DNA from: an uncultured Acidobacteriota bacterium
GTDB taxonomy: Bacteria > Acidobacteriota > Terriglobia > UBA7540
DNA length: 64,000 nt
Direction: 5' to 3'
Assembly: GCA_963804995.1 (NCBI GenBank)
Contig: CAWDSK010000006.1
Span: 1,440,001 to 1,504,000 of the forward strand
Part shown: in pieces, positions 1 through 10,054 of the stretch
How the letters are laid out: each line of letters begins with the position of its first letter
Position numbering within the stretch: position 1 is the stretch's first letter
Notes under the pieces: model-generated
Told to the model about the DNA's origin: nothing
Seen by the model: the letters and a program-made list of their open reading frames with translations, nothing else
Databases searched by the model: none
Position numbers and translations under genes: made by a program

Positions 1-478
1 CACCCGGATAAACGGTGACGTGCGGATGCAATACACAACGCGCGCCAACCTGCACACCCTTGCCGAGAAAAACCCCCGGGCTCAACCGGGTACCCTGCCC
101 GACCTTGACGCTGGCCTCAATCACCACATGGGCGGCCACCGAAACGTCCGGGGCCAGTTGAGCGTCCGGCGCAACGACGGCCGTGGGATCGATCCCCGGC
201 TTCGGGAGCGAAGAAGGCCAGAGAGCCTCGGCGGCGCGGATCAGGGCTAGCTTGGGATTACGCACCGCAATGGTGGTTCGCCCCGGCAAAGAAGTTCCCT
301 GCGGCACCAGAAGGCATCCGGCGCGCGAGTCTGCAGCCTTCTCCAGGGCCCGCGGGCCGTCAGCGTAGGCGAGTTCGGCGGGTCCGGCAGTATCGAGTGC
401 GGCCACCGCGAGAATTTTGCGCTCACCCTCGCCGGCAAGCGTTCCTTGCACCAACTCGGAAATCTCCCGTGCTCTCAT
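1..478 (-). CDS. lpxD: UDP-3-O-acyl-glucosamine N-acyltransferase (partial, runs off window start)
   Basis: Manual translation from ATG at 478: MRAREISELVQGTLAGEGERKILAVAALDTAGPAELAY...VRNPKLAL...PGIDPTAVVAPDAQLAPDVSVAAHVVIEASVKVGQGT; LpxD N-domain plus hexapeptide repeats; follows an LpxL-type gene. Confidence 0.9.
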   Translation of the reverse strand, partial: MRAREISELVQGTLAGEGERKILAVAALDTAGPAELAYADGPRALEKAADSRAGCLLVPQGTSLPGRTTIAVRNPKLALIRAAEALWPSSLPKPGIDPTAVVAPDAQLAPDVSVAAHVVIEASVKVGQGTRLSPGVFLGKGVQVGARCVLHPHVTVYPG

Positions 479-593
479 GATGGGCCTCTCAAAGCAGTGG
501 CTAGCGGCAACTGACGAGCCAAACGCTCCCAACCGTCAGCGATAAGCTTTCAGCCAGGATGTTAACTGAAAGCTGACCGCTGAAAGCTGACAG

Positions 594-1574
594 CTAGAGA
601 GGATATAGCGGTGGCTCGCCGGGCGGGCGGGTCTTCCAACGCCGATGCACCCAAAGCCATTGCTCCGGATAGCGGCGCGCGTACTCCTCGATGAGGCGAG
701 TGAAGTTGGCCGTGTTGGCCAGAATCTCCTCCTCGGGGTCGTCACGCTTGATCCATTCCACGGCGTCGAATCGCAGGCGGTACTTTTTCAGCTTAACGTC
801 CCAGATCACCAAGCCCAGGACGATGGGCACGCCGGTCTTCCGGGCCACTCGCGCCGGCCCCGTCGTGGTGCAAGCCGGCCGGCCGAAGAAATCGACAAAA
901 ACTCCCTCGCTTAACGACATGTTCTGGTCGCTCAGCACACCTACCGCCTGGCCTTGCGCAAAGGCCCGCAGAACCTCTCGAGCGAACTCCGTCTTGTCAA
1001 TTGGCTTACCCCCGCTTAGGCAGCGGTAGTAATTGATAAGATGGTCTACTAAGGGGTTGTCAAGCTCGCGGACTACAAACCGGCAGGGGTAACCATAAAC
1101 CCCGTGGGCAAAGGAACCCAATTCCCAATTGCCGAAGTGCGCCGTCAAGAAAAACATGCCACGGCCCTGGCCCTGCGCTCGCGCGTAATTCTCAAACCCG
1201 TCGTAAATGATCAGGCTCTCGATATTCTCGCGGTTCCAGCGGGGAAAATGGGCGAAGTCCGCCAGCATGCGCCCGAAATTCTGGAAGAGGCCGAAGATCA
1301 CGTGGCGCCGCTGCGACTCGGACCATTCCGGGAAGGCCAGACGGAGATTGAACATACCCACGCGCCGCAGTCGTGGCCATAACCAGTAACATAAAGTTGC
1401 CAGGACGGCGCACAGGGCGCGCGCCAGCTTGTGGGGAAGCCAGCCGAGCGGTTTCAGTAGCGCGAGCACGGCCCAGTATTGCAGCCGGTGGCTGAGTGTC
1501 ACGCGCCGTGGGCTTTCGGTCTCCCCTCGCGATGCCGGAATTTGTGAATTATTTTCACCCACGGCTGGTTTCAT
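594..1574 (-). CDS. Lipid A late acyltransferase (LpxL/HtrB family)
   Basis: TAHFGNWE, DQN, VDFFG and YPEQWLWVHRRWK motifs. Confidence 0.92.
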   Translation of the reverse strand: MKPAVGENNSQIPASRGETESPRRVTLSHRLQYWAVLALLKPLGWLPHKLARALCAVLATLCYWLWPRLRRVGMFNLRLAFPEWSESQRRHVIFGLFQNFGRMLADFAHFPRWNRENIESLIIYDGFENYARAQGQGRGMFFLTAHFGNWELGSFAHGVYGYPCRFVVRELDNPLVDHLINYYRCLSGGKPIDKTEFAREVLRAFAQGQAVGVLSDQNMSLSEGVFVDFFGRPACTTTGPARVARKTGVPIVLGLVIWDVKLKKYRLRFDAVEWIKRDDPEEEILANTANFTRLIEEYARRYPEQWLWVHRRWKTRPPGEPPLYPL

Positions 1575-1658
1575 TCCTTGCCTGGCCGCCCAGGAAATAC
1601 CCCGCGGCTTTGTCGAGCCGCTCTACCTCTACATCCACGCGTTCTGTTTCTCGAAGTC

Positions 1659-2603
1659 CTAATCGGCGCGGAGAGAAAGATTCTGTAGGAAAAAATTGAG
1701 GACCTGATTCTCGTACTCTGATTTCTCCGCCTCGGAAGCCAAGCCTTCCACGGAGTGCTCCATCACCAGCGGTTGTTTGGGCGGGGGGGCCTGGTTGTAG
1801 ATTTCCTCGGTCATGGCCGCGAGGGAGGGATGGTCTCTCCCCCAAATAAATAGCTTGGGCACCCCCTGGAGCTTGGATAATCCCGCCATCATCTGATAGG
1901 AGACCATGCCCGTTGTGCCTACGCGGAACTCCGTCTCGGTAATATTACGGAAAAGCTGGCTAGAGCCCCCCAGGAGGCGATCGATCTGCGTATCATACAT
2001 CTGCAGGGGAGTGGTATACGTCGTATCGACAATCAGCGCCTTCACTTTGGGGTTTATTTCCGCGGCCACCAGCGAGGCGTAGCCGCCCATGGAAGGCCCG
2101 AACAATCCCACGCGGTTGGGGTTCACCCCCACCTGCTTGGTAACAGTTTCAATGGCGGATATCAAATCGGAGGCTTGGCGATCTCCCAAATTCGAGTAGG
2201 CCTCCTTGGCCCTGGGCCCATGAAAATTGAAGAGGAACACATTGAAGTGGTTGTCACGCAGGATGGCTCCCAACGATAAGAAATCGGATCGATTTGAGTC
2301 ATACCCATGCGAGAGAATAATGACCGGGGCGCCGCGCAGCCCCAGTAACAGCCAGCCCTCATGCTCGCCGCCGGAGCGGTCGGAAAAGTTCACGGGAATA
2401 TAATTACTCAAAAGATAGCTTTGCGGCGTGACGGCTTCCTGGGCAGTGCGGCGCGTCAGGATGTAGTAAGTCATGCAGGCGCCCACCGCAACTATGGTCA
2501 GGAAGAGAGCCACGATCAGGACCAGGATTCCGCCGGCAAGCCGAAGGAAAAACTGGCCCCACAGTGAGGGTGCCGCAACCGCAAAACCTTTTCGACGCGC
2601 CAT
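1659..2603 (-). CDS. Membrane-anchored alpha/beta hydrolase
   Basis: N-terminal TM, HGY, GPSMGG nucleophile elbow; start taken at MARRK. Confidence 0.8.
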   Translation of the reverse strand: MARRKGFAVAAPSLWGQFFLRLAGGILVLIVALFLTIVAVGACMTYYILTRRTAQEAVTPQSYLLSNYIPVNFSDRSGGEHEGWLLLGLRGAPVIILSHGYDSNRSDFLSLGAILRDNHFNVFLFNFHGPRAKEAYSNLGDRQASDLISAIETVTKQVGVNPNRVGLFGPSMGGYASLVAAEINPKVKALIVDTTYTTPLQMYDTQIDRLLGGSSQLFRNITETEFRVGTTGMVSYQMMAGLSKLQGVPKLFIWGRDHPSLAAMTEEIYNQAPPPKQPLVMEHSVEGLASEAEKSEYENQVLNFFLQNLSLRAD

Positions 2604-2841
2604 GCCGCTGACTCTTCTCTTGTTCTGATCCTCCGTGCCCGGAGGCCGAAAGGGCTCAACAAGCAAAATGCTACCACAACCGCTTTTCCTCACCACAATA
2701 ACTTTTAAGGGAAGAACCTTGTACCCTCCCCCTGGCCCCTCCGAAACCCAAAATCGACAGCCCCGATTTCCCCTTTCTCCCTTTACTTTTTCCGCTCAAC
2801 CAAGGGTATAATGCCCGCATCTTTGAAAGGAGTCTGCATTC

Positions 2842-4263
2842 ATGGCTAAAGAGTCGGAACTGAATCGCCGCGATTTCCTGAGGACCAGCGTGCGCACCGG
2901 CGCGGGACTTGCCGCGCTCGGCGGCCTGAGCTTTTTTCCAAATCCCCAACGGATCTTTGGAGCGAACGACCGTGTACGCGTGGCCGTGATCGGCCTGCAC
3001 GGGCAAGGCTGGGCGCATGTGCATGAGTATTCCAAGATGTCCAACGTAGAAATCGCTGCCGTTTGCGATATCGATGACAGTGTGACGCGCCAGCGCCTGG
3101 GCGAGATGGAAAAGATGGGGCTCAAGAAGCCCGCAACCTTCGTCGATATCCGCAAACTGCTGGAAGATAAATCCATCGATGCAATTTCCATTGCCACGCC
3201 CAACCACTGGCACTCGCTCATGGCCATCTGGGGCTGCCAGGCCGGCAAGGATGTTTACGTTGAGAAACCCATGTGCCACAACTGGTGGGAAGGCCGCCAA
3301 TTGCTGCGCGCCGTGGAGAAATATGGCCGCATAGTGCAGCACGGCACCAACAGCCGCTCCGGCACCGCCATCATCGAGGGCATGCAGAAAATGCGCGAGG
3401 GTTTGATTGGCGACGTTTATCTCTCACGCGGTCTCTGCTTCAAATGGCGCGACACGATTGGCCATGCGGCGGAAGAATCCGTGCCCACGGGCGTCAACTA
3501 CGACCTCTGGACCGGCCCCGCCCCCCTCAAGCCTTTTACCAAGAACCGGTTTCACTACAACTGGCATTGGATCTGGGATACGGGCAACGGCGACTTCGGC
3601 AACCAGGGCATCCATGAACTCAACGTGGCACGCTGGGGATTGGACGTGAAGTTCCCCAATCGCGTCTCGGCCATCGGGGCGCATGTCATGTTTGACGACA
3701 ACCAGCAAACGCCCAACGTCCTGAACGTCGCCTACGAGTTTGACATGCCCGGTGGAAAAAAGCGGCTCATGGAATTTGAAGTGCGCCACTGGATCACCAA
3801 CCATGAAGCGGAAATTGGCACGTCCGCTTTCGGTGAAGAGGGAGTCGCGCCCGCGCTCGGAAACCCCCAGGAGAAAAAGAGGTCCAAAGGACCCCAGAAC
3901 ACGGTGGGGAATATCTTTTACGGCTCCAAGGGCTATTTGGCCTTTAACGGTTACGACAGTTACAAGTCGTGGATCGGCGAAAACCAGGAGCCCGGACCGT
4001 GTTCCACCGCCCGCGGGAACAATTGGGCCAATTTCATTGACTGCGTGGTGAGCCGTAAGAAGGAACAGTTGAATGCGCCCATCCAGGAGGGCTACATCTC
4101 CTGCACCCTGTTGCACCTGGGCAACGCGGCTTATCGAGTGGGTCGCACCCTGCAGTTTGATCCCGAAAAGCAGGAAGTGATCGGCGACGAGGAAGCCAGC
4201 AAAATCCTGCGCGATGCCGACCGCGGCTATCGGAAACCCTACGTGGTGCCGGAAAAAGTTTAG
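2842..4263 (+). CDS. Tat-exported Gfo/Idh/MocA oxidoreductase
   Basis: NRRDFL Tat motif, IATPNHWH, VYVEKP, YDLWTGPAP. Confidence 0.95.
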   Translation: MAKESELNRRDFLRTSVRTGAGLAALGGLSFFPNPQRIFGANDRVRVAVIGLHGQGWAHVHEYSKMSNVEIAAVCDIDDSVTRQRLGEMEKMGLKKPATFVDIRKLLEDKSIDAISIATPNHWHSLMAIWGCQAGKDVYVEKPMCHNWWEGRQLLRAVEKYGRIVQHGTNSRSGTAIIEGMQKMREGLIGDVYLSRGLCFKWRDTIGHAAEESVPTGVNYDLWTGPAPLKPFTKNRFHYNWHWIWDTGNGDFGNQGIHELNVARWGLDVKFPNRVSAIGAHVMFDDNQQTPNVLNVAYEFDMPGGKKRLMEFEVRHWITNHEAEIGTSAFGEEGVAPALGNPQEKKRSKGPQNTVGNIFYGSKGYLAFNGYDSYKSWIGENQEPGPCSTARGNNWANFIDCVVSRKKEQLNAPIQEGYISCTLLHLGNAAYRVGRTLQFDPEKQEVIGDEEASKILRDADRGYRKPYVVPEKV

Positions 4264-4363
4264 GCCGGATTTCTTACTACGGATTGCGAGGGCGGCGCCC
4301 ACACAAGCCGTCGTGGCGAGTGGCGCTGCCCTTATCAAGACCATCCCTAAATCCCCCGTTCAA

Positions 4364-4575
4364 CACCACCCCGGCGCTCCGTGCGCCACCCCTCCTCATC
4401 TGAGGCTGTCTCAAAACTAGGTATTTCTGACTTTTGCACAGCGTAAGTTATTGATTATTCGTCGTAAAAACCGTGAATTTGCCAGTTTTGAGACAGCCTC
4501 ATCTGAGGAGGGGAGTGCTTTAAAGAACTCCCCTCCTAATTTAGGAGGGGTGGCGCTCAGAGCGCCGGGGTGGTT
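4364..4575. repeat. REP-like palindromic doublet (CCACCCC...GGGGTGG) carrying a nested MITE
   Basis: Inverted arms; uninterrupted relative at ~13850-13938. Confidence 0.75.
4402..4500. mobile_element. 99-bp MITE with 17-bp TIR and 4-bp TSD
   Basis: GAGGCTGTCTCAAAACT ... AGTTTTGAGACAGCCTC flanked by ATCT on both sides. Confidence 0.85.
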
Positions 4576-4639
4576 ACGGTGGCGCCTTGAGCGCCGGGGG
4601 GGCCGCAGCCTCTGAAACTCGGCACGGGGCAGTCAACAA

Positions 4640-4760
4640 CTGCTTTCTGCATTCTGCTTTCTGCATTCTGCATTCTGCTTTCTGCCTTCTGCTTTCTGCT
4701 TTCTGCTTTCTGCCTTCTGCATTCCGCTTTCTGCCTTCTGCATTCCGCTTTCTGCCTTCT
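4640..4760. repeat. Heptamer tandem repeat (TTCTGCN)n
   Basis: About 16 degenerate ttctgca/ttctgct/ttctgcc units. Confidence 0.9.
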
Positions 4761-4887
4761 GGCTACTGCTCCACCGCCCCGCCCCTCCTGCCTTGACTTC
4801 TTTCCCTCTCCGTCTTACTCTGACATTTCGGGCTTGCTCGAAATTAGTCCATCTCAAATTCTAAATCCATTCTGATCGAGGGCCGCA

Positions 4888-5322
4888 ATGAGTCTCCTCA
4901 AGATTGCCAGTGTACCTCCCGCCGCGGTCTCACCCGACGCAACCGTGCTGGAGGCCGTGGAAGTAATGGCGGAGCACGGTGTGGGTGCTGTGGCCGTGGT
5001 TGACAACGGCCAGTTGCGCGGCATCTTTACGGAACGCGACGTGATGATGCGTGTCGTCCTGCGCCACCGCAGCCCCAAGGACACGCATGTGGGTGAGGTG
5101 ATGACTTCTCCCGCCGAAACCATCACCGACGAGACCACTGAGGAAGACGCGCTCGTGCACATGGTGGAGCGTCACGTGCGGCACCTGCCCATCGTCAGCG
5201 CGGAGGGCAAGGTTAACGGCATGCTCTCCGTCCGCAACCTGCTGGAGCATCGCGTGGACGAGCTCGCGCGCGAGCTCCATTCCCTCGATCAATACCTCTC
5301 CAACGACGGTCCGGGCGGCTGA
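4888..5322 (+). CDS. CBS-domain protein
   Basis: GIFTERD, VGEVMT, VRHLPIV tandem CBS pair. Confidence 0.93.
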   Translation: MSLLKIASVPPAAVSPDATVLEAVEVMAEHGVGAVAVVDNGQLRGIFTERDVMMRVVLRHRSPKDTHVGEVMTSPAETITDETTEEDALVHMVERHVRHLPIVSAEGKVNGMLSVRNLLEHRVDELARELHSLDQYLSNDGPGG

Positions 5323-5361
5323 ATTCGCCCGGCCCTCTCTGCCCGGCGATACAGAAAGGGA

Positions 5362-7104
5362 CTAAAGGGGGTCGTGCGGACCGACACCATATGCACCCAA
5401 AACATTGCGCAGCGTTACGATGCCTTCTAGCTTGTGCACATCAGCACGATTAACTACCGGCAAGAGTTCGAGTCGGGCTGTGCCCATGCGCGCAAGTGCC
5501 AGGTCAAACGACTGGTCGGTGTGGACGTGCGGAAAAGCACGTGCATCCACAAGCTCACCCAGTTGCTTAGCGGCCGCGCCTTCTGCGAGTTCCCGCTCAA
5601 GCGTCGCTAGGCTGATAACGCCCACCACGCCTCGCCGATCAGTCACCGGCCAGGCGCGGAATTGACTGGCGTGCGCCTGCTCGAAGGCCGCGCGGACTGT
5701 CATCTGCGCCGACAGTACCTCCGTCGCGGCTTGCATCACCTGGATTACCCGGCGTCTCCCATGCCGCTGGCGTGTCTCGGCGCTGGGCAGGTGGATGCCA
5801 TCCTGCAATGCCAGAGCTTCGTAGATCGGCTGCCGCTGGAGCCGCGCGGAGATGAAAAAACTCACGAGGTTGGAAATCATCAGCGGGACGATAACCGCAT
5901 AATCTCGAGTCGTCTCAAAGATCATCATCACCGATGTCATAGGTGCACGCACGATGCCGGCAAACAGAGTGCCCATGCCGACTAGAGCGTATGCACCGGG
6001 TGTTGCGGTGTAGCCCGGCATCAAGTGGTGCGCGATGCTGCCTAGAGTGCCTCCGAGCATAGCCCCGATAAACAGGCTGGGGCCAAAAATGCCGCCAGCG
6101 TTTCCCGAACCGTAGCTCGTGGTCACTGCCAGAAGTTTCAGGACCACTAGCAATGCCATCAATTGGAGGGCCATCCTCCCATTCAGGGCCTCGCCGACAT
6201 ACCCATAGCCAACGCCCAATACCTGGGGCACAAACCAGCCGATCAGGCCGACCAATAACCCTCCCGCCACGGGTTGGAACCAGAGGGTCTTCTTCGGGAG
6301 CCACAGGAAGCATTCCCGCGTTCTGAGCAAGAGCTTTGTGAACGCGACGGACACCAGACCGCCTACCACACCGAGCACTGCATAGACAGCAAATTCCACC
6401 GGGTGGACGAGCTTGTATTGTGGCACCTGGAAGAGAGGGTTATTGCCGAGGAGTAACCGCAGCACCATCCAGGAAGTCGCCGACGCTAGCACGACTGAGC
6501 CCAGCACTGGTGCGTGTAGGTCCCCCGTAACTTCCTCAAGCGAAAACAGAACTGCTGCCAGGGGGGTATTAAACGCTGCGGCAATTGCGGCCGCTGCCCC
6601 CACTGGGATGAGCGCCTTCACTTTCTCGGGAGGCAATCCCAGGCGACGGCCCAACACCGAAGCGATACCCCCGCCAACTTGGACGGAGGGTCCCTCGCGC
6701 CCCAGCGGGATTCCACTGGCGAGCGTAGCTGCAGTGCAAAAGAATTTTCCGAACATCGTAGCTGCGGTAATTACGCCTTCGTGGGCGAAGAGCGCAGCTT
6801 TCGTCTGCGGCACGCCGCTGCCCCGCGCATCCGGAAAAAAGCGGAACAGCAGATACCCCATGCCCAGCGAGCCCAACACCGGGATTAGCAGCCGTCGCCA
6901 AGCAGCACTGCCTATGGGATAGAGATGCATCCCCAGCCGTTCGGTCAGCAAAATGAAAGCAACAACCGCCAGGCCGGTCAGGGCACCGATAACTAGCGTT
7001 AGGACCAGGAATATCTGGTCCTCACGTTGCTGTAGGCGGGCTATCCACCGCGACAGCGGGGTTCTCCACCAGATCCCTTTCGGTTTCTCGCGGGCTCCGC
7101 TCAT
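5362..7104 (-). CDS. ClC-family chloride channel/H+ antiporter with C-terminal CBS domains
   Basis: GSGVP, GREGP, GGIFGP signature motifs; AGGAGG upstream of ATG 7104. Confidence 0.95.
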   Translation of the reverse strand: MSGAREKPKGIWWRTPLSRWIARLQQREDQIFLVLTLVIGALTGLAVVAFILLTERLGMHLYPIGSAAWRRLLIPVLGSLGMGYLLFRFFPDARGSGVPQTKAALFAHEGVITAATMFGKFFCTAATLASGIPLGREGPSVQVGGGIASVLGRRLGLPPEKVKALIPVGAAAAIAAAFNTPLAAVLFSLEEVTGDLHAPVLGSVVLASATSWMVLRLLLGNNPLFQVPQYKLVHPVEFAVYAVLGVVGGLVSVAFTKLLLRTRECFLWLPKKTLWFQPVAGGLLVGLIGWFVPQVLGVGYGYVGEALNGRMALQLMALLVVLKLLAVTTSYGSGNAGGIFGPSLFIGAMLGGTLGSIAHHLMPGYTATPGAYALVGMGTLFAGIVRAPMTSVMMIFETTRDYAVIVPLMISNLVSFFISARLQRQPIYEALALQDGIHLPSAETRQRHGRRRVIQVMQAATEVLSAQMTVRAAFEQAHASQFRAWPVTDRRGVVGVISLATLERELAEGAAAKQLGELVDARAFPHVHTDQSFDLALARMGTARLELLPVVNRADVHKLEGIVTLRNVLGAYGVGPHDPL

Positions 7105-7250
7105 TTCTGTACGCCCTCCTTGCCATAACATATCTCACCGGAATTGTTTTTGGCCACTGGGAACCACGTTTCTTATTGCCAATCGCATCATCCAACGTGG
7201 TCGATTTCGCTGGAAATGGACGCGTCGTCGTACCCGCCAGCTTTCACGAG

Positions 7251-7849
7251 CAGCGCGCCGACCTGTTCTGGAGGTCTGCGGTTCGTCCGTGATTGACAAT
7301 AAAAGCCGCGGACCTCAACGACCGGCCGCGCTACACTGGCTCGGCGAACTAATCGAATGCATAGCCCTCTCCGAGGGGAGAGGGCTATGGATTCAAATCA
7401 ACTTCACTCTCTCATCCGAGCGAACTAACTTCACCCTCACCCCTGGGGAGAATGCGAGCGCAAACTTTAGAAATATCACGATGTGAGCTAATTCGGAAAG
7501 GGAATTGAAGCAATCGTAGCGCCCCGATGCATCGGGGCGGTTCTTCATTAGATTCACACTGCCGAATCCGAGGGCGGCCCCCATTATTGACATCTGAGAT
7601 GTTTCGCATGAAGGGCCGCGGACCTCAACAGCGGAGGTCCGCGCTGCACAATCTTGCGCCTTTCCCGTACCAACCATCCCGACACGAGCACCGGGACACG
7701 TTCGTAGCGCGGTCCCCCGCCTTTGGGGTCCGCGGTTTTTCGTTTGAAAATTCTTCAAATGCCGAGCCCGGGCGGGTGTTTCACCACGATACGTTCGCCC
7801 AATTGGCACACGAAAAACCGCAGACCTCAACGGCGGAGGTCTGCGCTAC
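7251..7849. repeat. Cluster of three GTAGCGC-type REP doublets (REPIN-like)
   Basis: GTAGCGC...GAGGTC(T/C)GCGCTAC units at ~7251-7335, 7516-7647 and 7704-7849. Confidence 0.75.
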
Positions 7850-8155
7850 GATTGCTTGCCGCGAACCCTGGCCGGCTGCGAGCAGGGAGCAGGTGACAGG
7901 GAACAGGGAACAGCAGGTTGCGCAGAGTCTCGGAGAGCATGAGACTCTGCGCTGCCTGCTCGGCCCATTACATTAGCGCATCGGCGTTGTCCCAAGCCCG
8001 CGTAGCGGGCGACATCTGGAAGAGGCGGCCGAAAAATCTGCGCAGCGTTCTTATGGGACGCGTTCGCCGGATACTCCCCTACGGGGCTCACACGCCGCCT
8101 TGCGTTGCGCGGTCCCATGGCTGCGCCAGCCCGGTCGGAGAGGGGACGGCTGGGG

Positions 8156-9592
8156 TCAAGACTCGCCGACTTTAGCTTTGGCAGCAGACATCTTCGGACC
8201 CAACATGATCCGGAGCACTTCCTTATTGATGACATAGTTGCCATGCGCGGCCGCGGGGTTGGCGAAAATCCAATGCCACCACCTGTTCCGAACATAGAGG
8301 TTGGTGATCAACAGACCCTTCTGCGCGGGAAGGCGCCAACTCAGCAAATCGCTGGGATCGCTCCACGCCACTACCTGAGCTGGCTTGGCCACGGACTCTT
8401 CTGCACCGCTGCGTCGCTTGGCAAAGGCCTGGCGCAGATTCTCCCACCTCGTCATCAGCGTGTTGAGAACCCCCCAGGTCGCCGCCGGCACCACTCCCGG
8501 CACAGGTTCAGGTGCGGCCGGCTTGGGTCCTGCCAGGTTCGCCAATTCCAGGAGGGGAATCTGATTGGCAAAGAAATACACCAACGAGGTGCGCTCCAGG
8601 ATGTATTGGGCGGCGGCGTCCTCGGCGGCCATCCCGCTCTCCCACGGGGTCAGCCCCCTCTGCGGCAGGGCTTCCTGCTGGCCCATATTGAGGGTTGAGA
8701 AGACCAGATAGCTTCCCAAGCTGTGCGAGACCACGATGAACTCGCGATCAATTCCATGCGGATCCTTCAACTGTTGCTCCCAGTCGTTGGTTTTGGACCC
8801 ATCCGCCTTGAATATCACCGCTCTAAGAAATAGCTGCCGCATCCCCTCGCGAATAAGGTATTGCAGGGAACCCACGGACAGCATGGCATCTGCGAATCCC
8901 CAATCGAGAAGGTTGGTCTTGATGTGGCGATTGATGAGCGCACCTTTGGGCCGGATGGCTTCCAGAGTCTTTGCCTCCTGGGGGCTAATCCAGGTGTAGG
9001 CTCGAAACCGGCCCGGGTGGGACGAGTCCATTTCCTCGGCCTGCGAACAGAAATTAAGCATGGAGGCGTCGGGCCCTGCCAAGCGCGCATCACCGGCCAT
9101 GATAGCGCGGCACTTGACCGGAATCATCAGCGGCCACCAGTTGATCTCATCCACGACGAGAGGGCCGCCGTCGCTGCGCCGCAATACATAATGATCGACA
9201 AACGGATCGGAGGCGCTCCACTCCTGCTTGTTCCCCCAAACCGCATTTCCCATGTAGGCGAAGGCCGGAGGCTCCGCGCCGTTCTCAAACTCACCGCGGT
9301 CGGCGTAGTCTCTTCCCACCGGGGCCGCCGGAACCGTGCAATCTTTCAGAAAGGCGCAGATTGCCTTCTGAAATGTCCGCGAACCGCCGGCGCCGGTCGC
9401 GCCAATCCCATGCACATAAAGAATGTGCAGTGGGCGCTGCCCCGCATGGCGCAAGGATTCCCCAATCGAGGAAACCTGGCTTAGACTCTGAGGCCCATCG
9501 TCGATGACCTTGCCCTCTGCCCGGCCATTGCCCAAGGCTCCGGCAATGAGTGATAGAATGAGAAGCATGTTGTAAGGACGGGTTGTCATCAT
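8156..9592 (-). CDS. Secreted hypothetical protein, probable alpha/beta-hydrolase fold
   Basis: Signal peptide, YVHGIG, VVSHSLGS, WSDPSDLLS, AAHGNY. Confidence 0.7.
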   Translation of the reverse strand: MMTTRPYNMLLILSLIAGALGNGRAEGKVIDDGPQSLSQVSSIGESLRHAGQRPLHILYVHGIGATGAGGSRTFQKAICAFLKDCTVPAAPVGRDYADRGEFENGAEPPAFAYMGNAVWGNKQEWSASDPFVDHYVLRRSDGGPLVVDEINWWPLMIPVKCRAIMAGDARLAGPDASMLNFCSQAEEMDSSHPGRFRAYTWISPQEAKTLEAIRPKGALINRHIKTNLLDWGFADAMLSVGSLQYLIREGMRQLFLRAVIFKADGSKTNDWEQQLKDPHGIDREFIVVSHSLGSYLVFSTLNMGQQEALPQRGLTPWESGMAAEDAAAQYILERTSLVYFFANQIPLLELANLAGPKPAAPEPVPGVVPAATWGVLNTLMTRWENLRQAFAKRRSGAEESVAKPAQVVAWSDPSDLLSWRLPAQKGLLITNLYVRNRWWHWIFANPAAAHGNYVINKEVLRIMLGPKMSAAKAKVGES

Positions 9593-9914
9593 ACCTCCTG
9601 AATTCATTCGCACAATTTATGTCCCCCGCCAGAAGGGGGAGGTTTAGATTAAACCTCTTTCTCCGAATTATGATTATGGCGTGGGAATGATACCTTGTTA
9701 ACACGTCATGGCCGCTGAAATTTAGCCAGCAAGTATTGCCGGGGCTGGAAGGGGGCGCCCCGTTTTGCGCTGTGGGGGTGAGGGGTCTTTGCACAGCCGA
9801 TGCAAATGGACCGAAGGTTGTGCCCGCATACATTCCCAAACGCGGCACGTATGCACGACCCGCGGAGCACGGAACTACAGGGAATAGGAAACAGAAGTAC
9901 AGGTGACAACAGGC

Positions 9915-10054
9915 GTAGCGCGGTCCCCCGTCTTTGGGGTCCGCGGTTCTTCGTTAGATTCACACACCCGATTCTGAGAGGAGATCCCTGTGGTTGAATT
10001 TTGCGTTTTTTCGCGGGAAGAGCCGCAGACCTCAACAGTGGAGGTCTGCGCTAC
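9915..10054. repeat. GTAGCGC-type REP doublet
   Basis: Same arms as 7704-7849. Confidence 0.8.
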
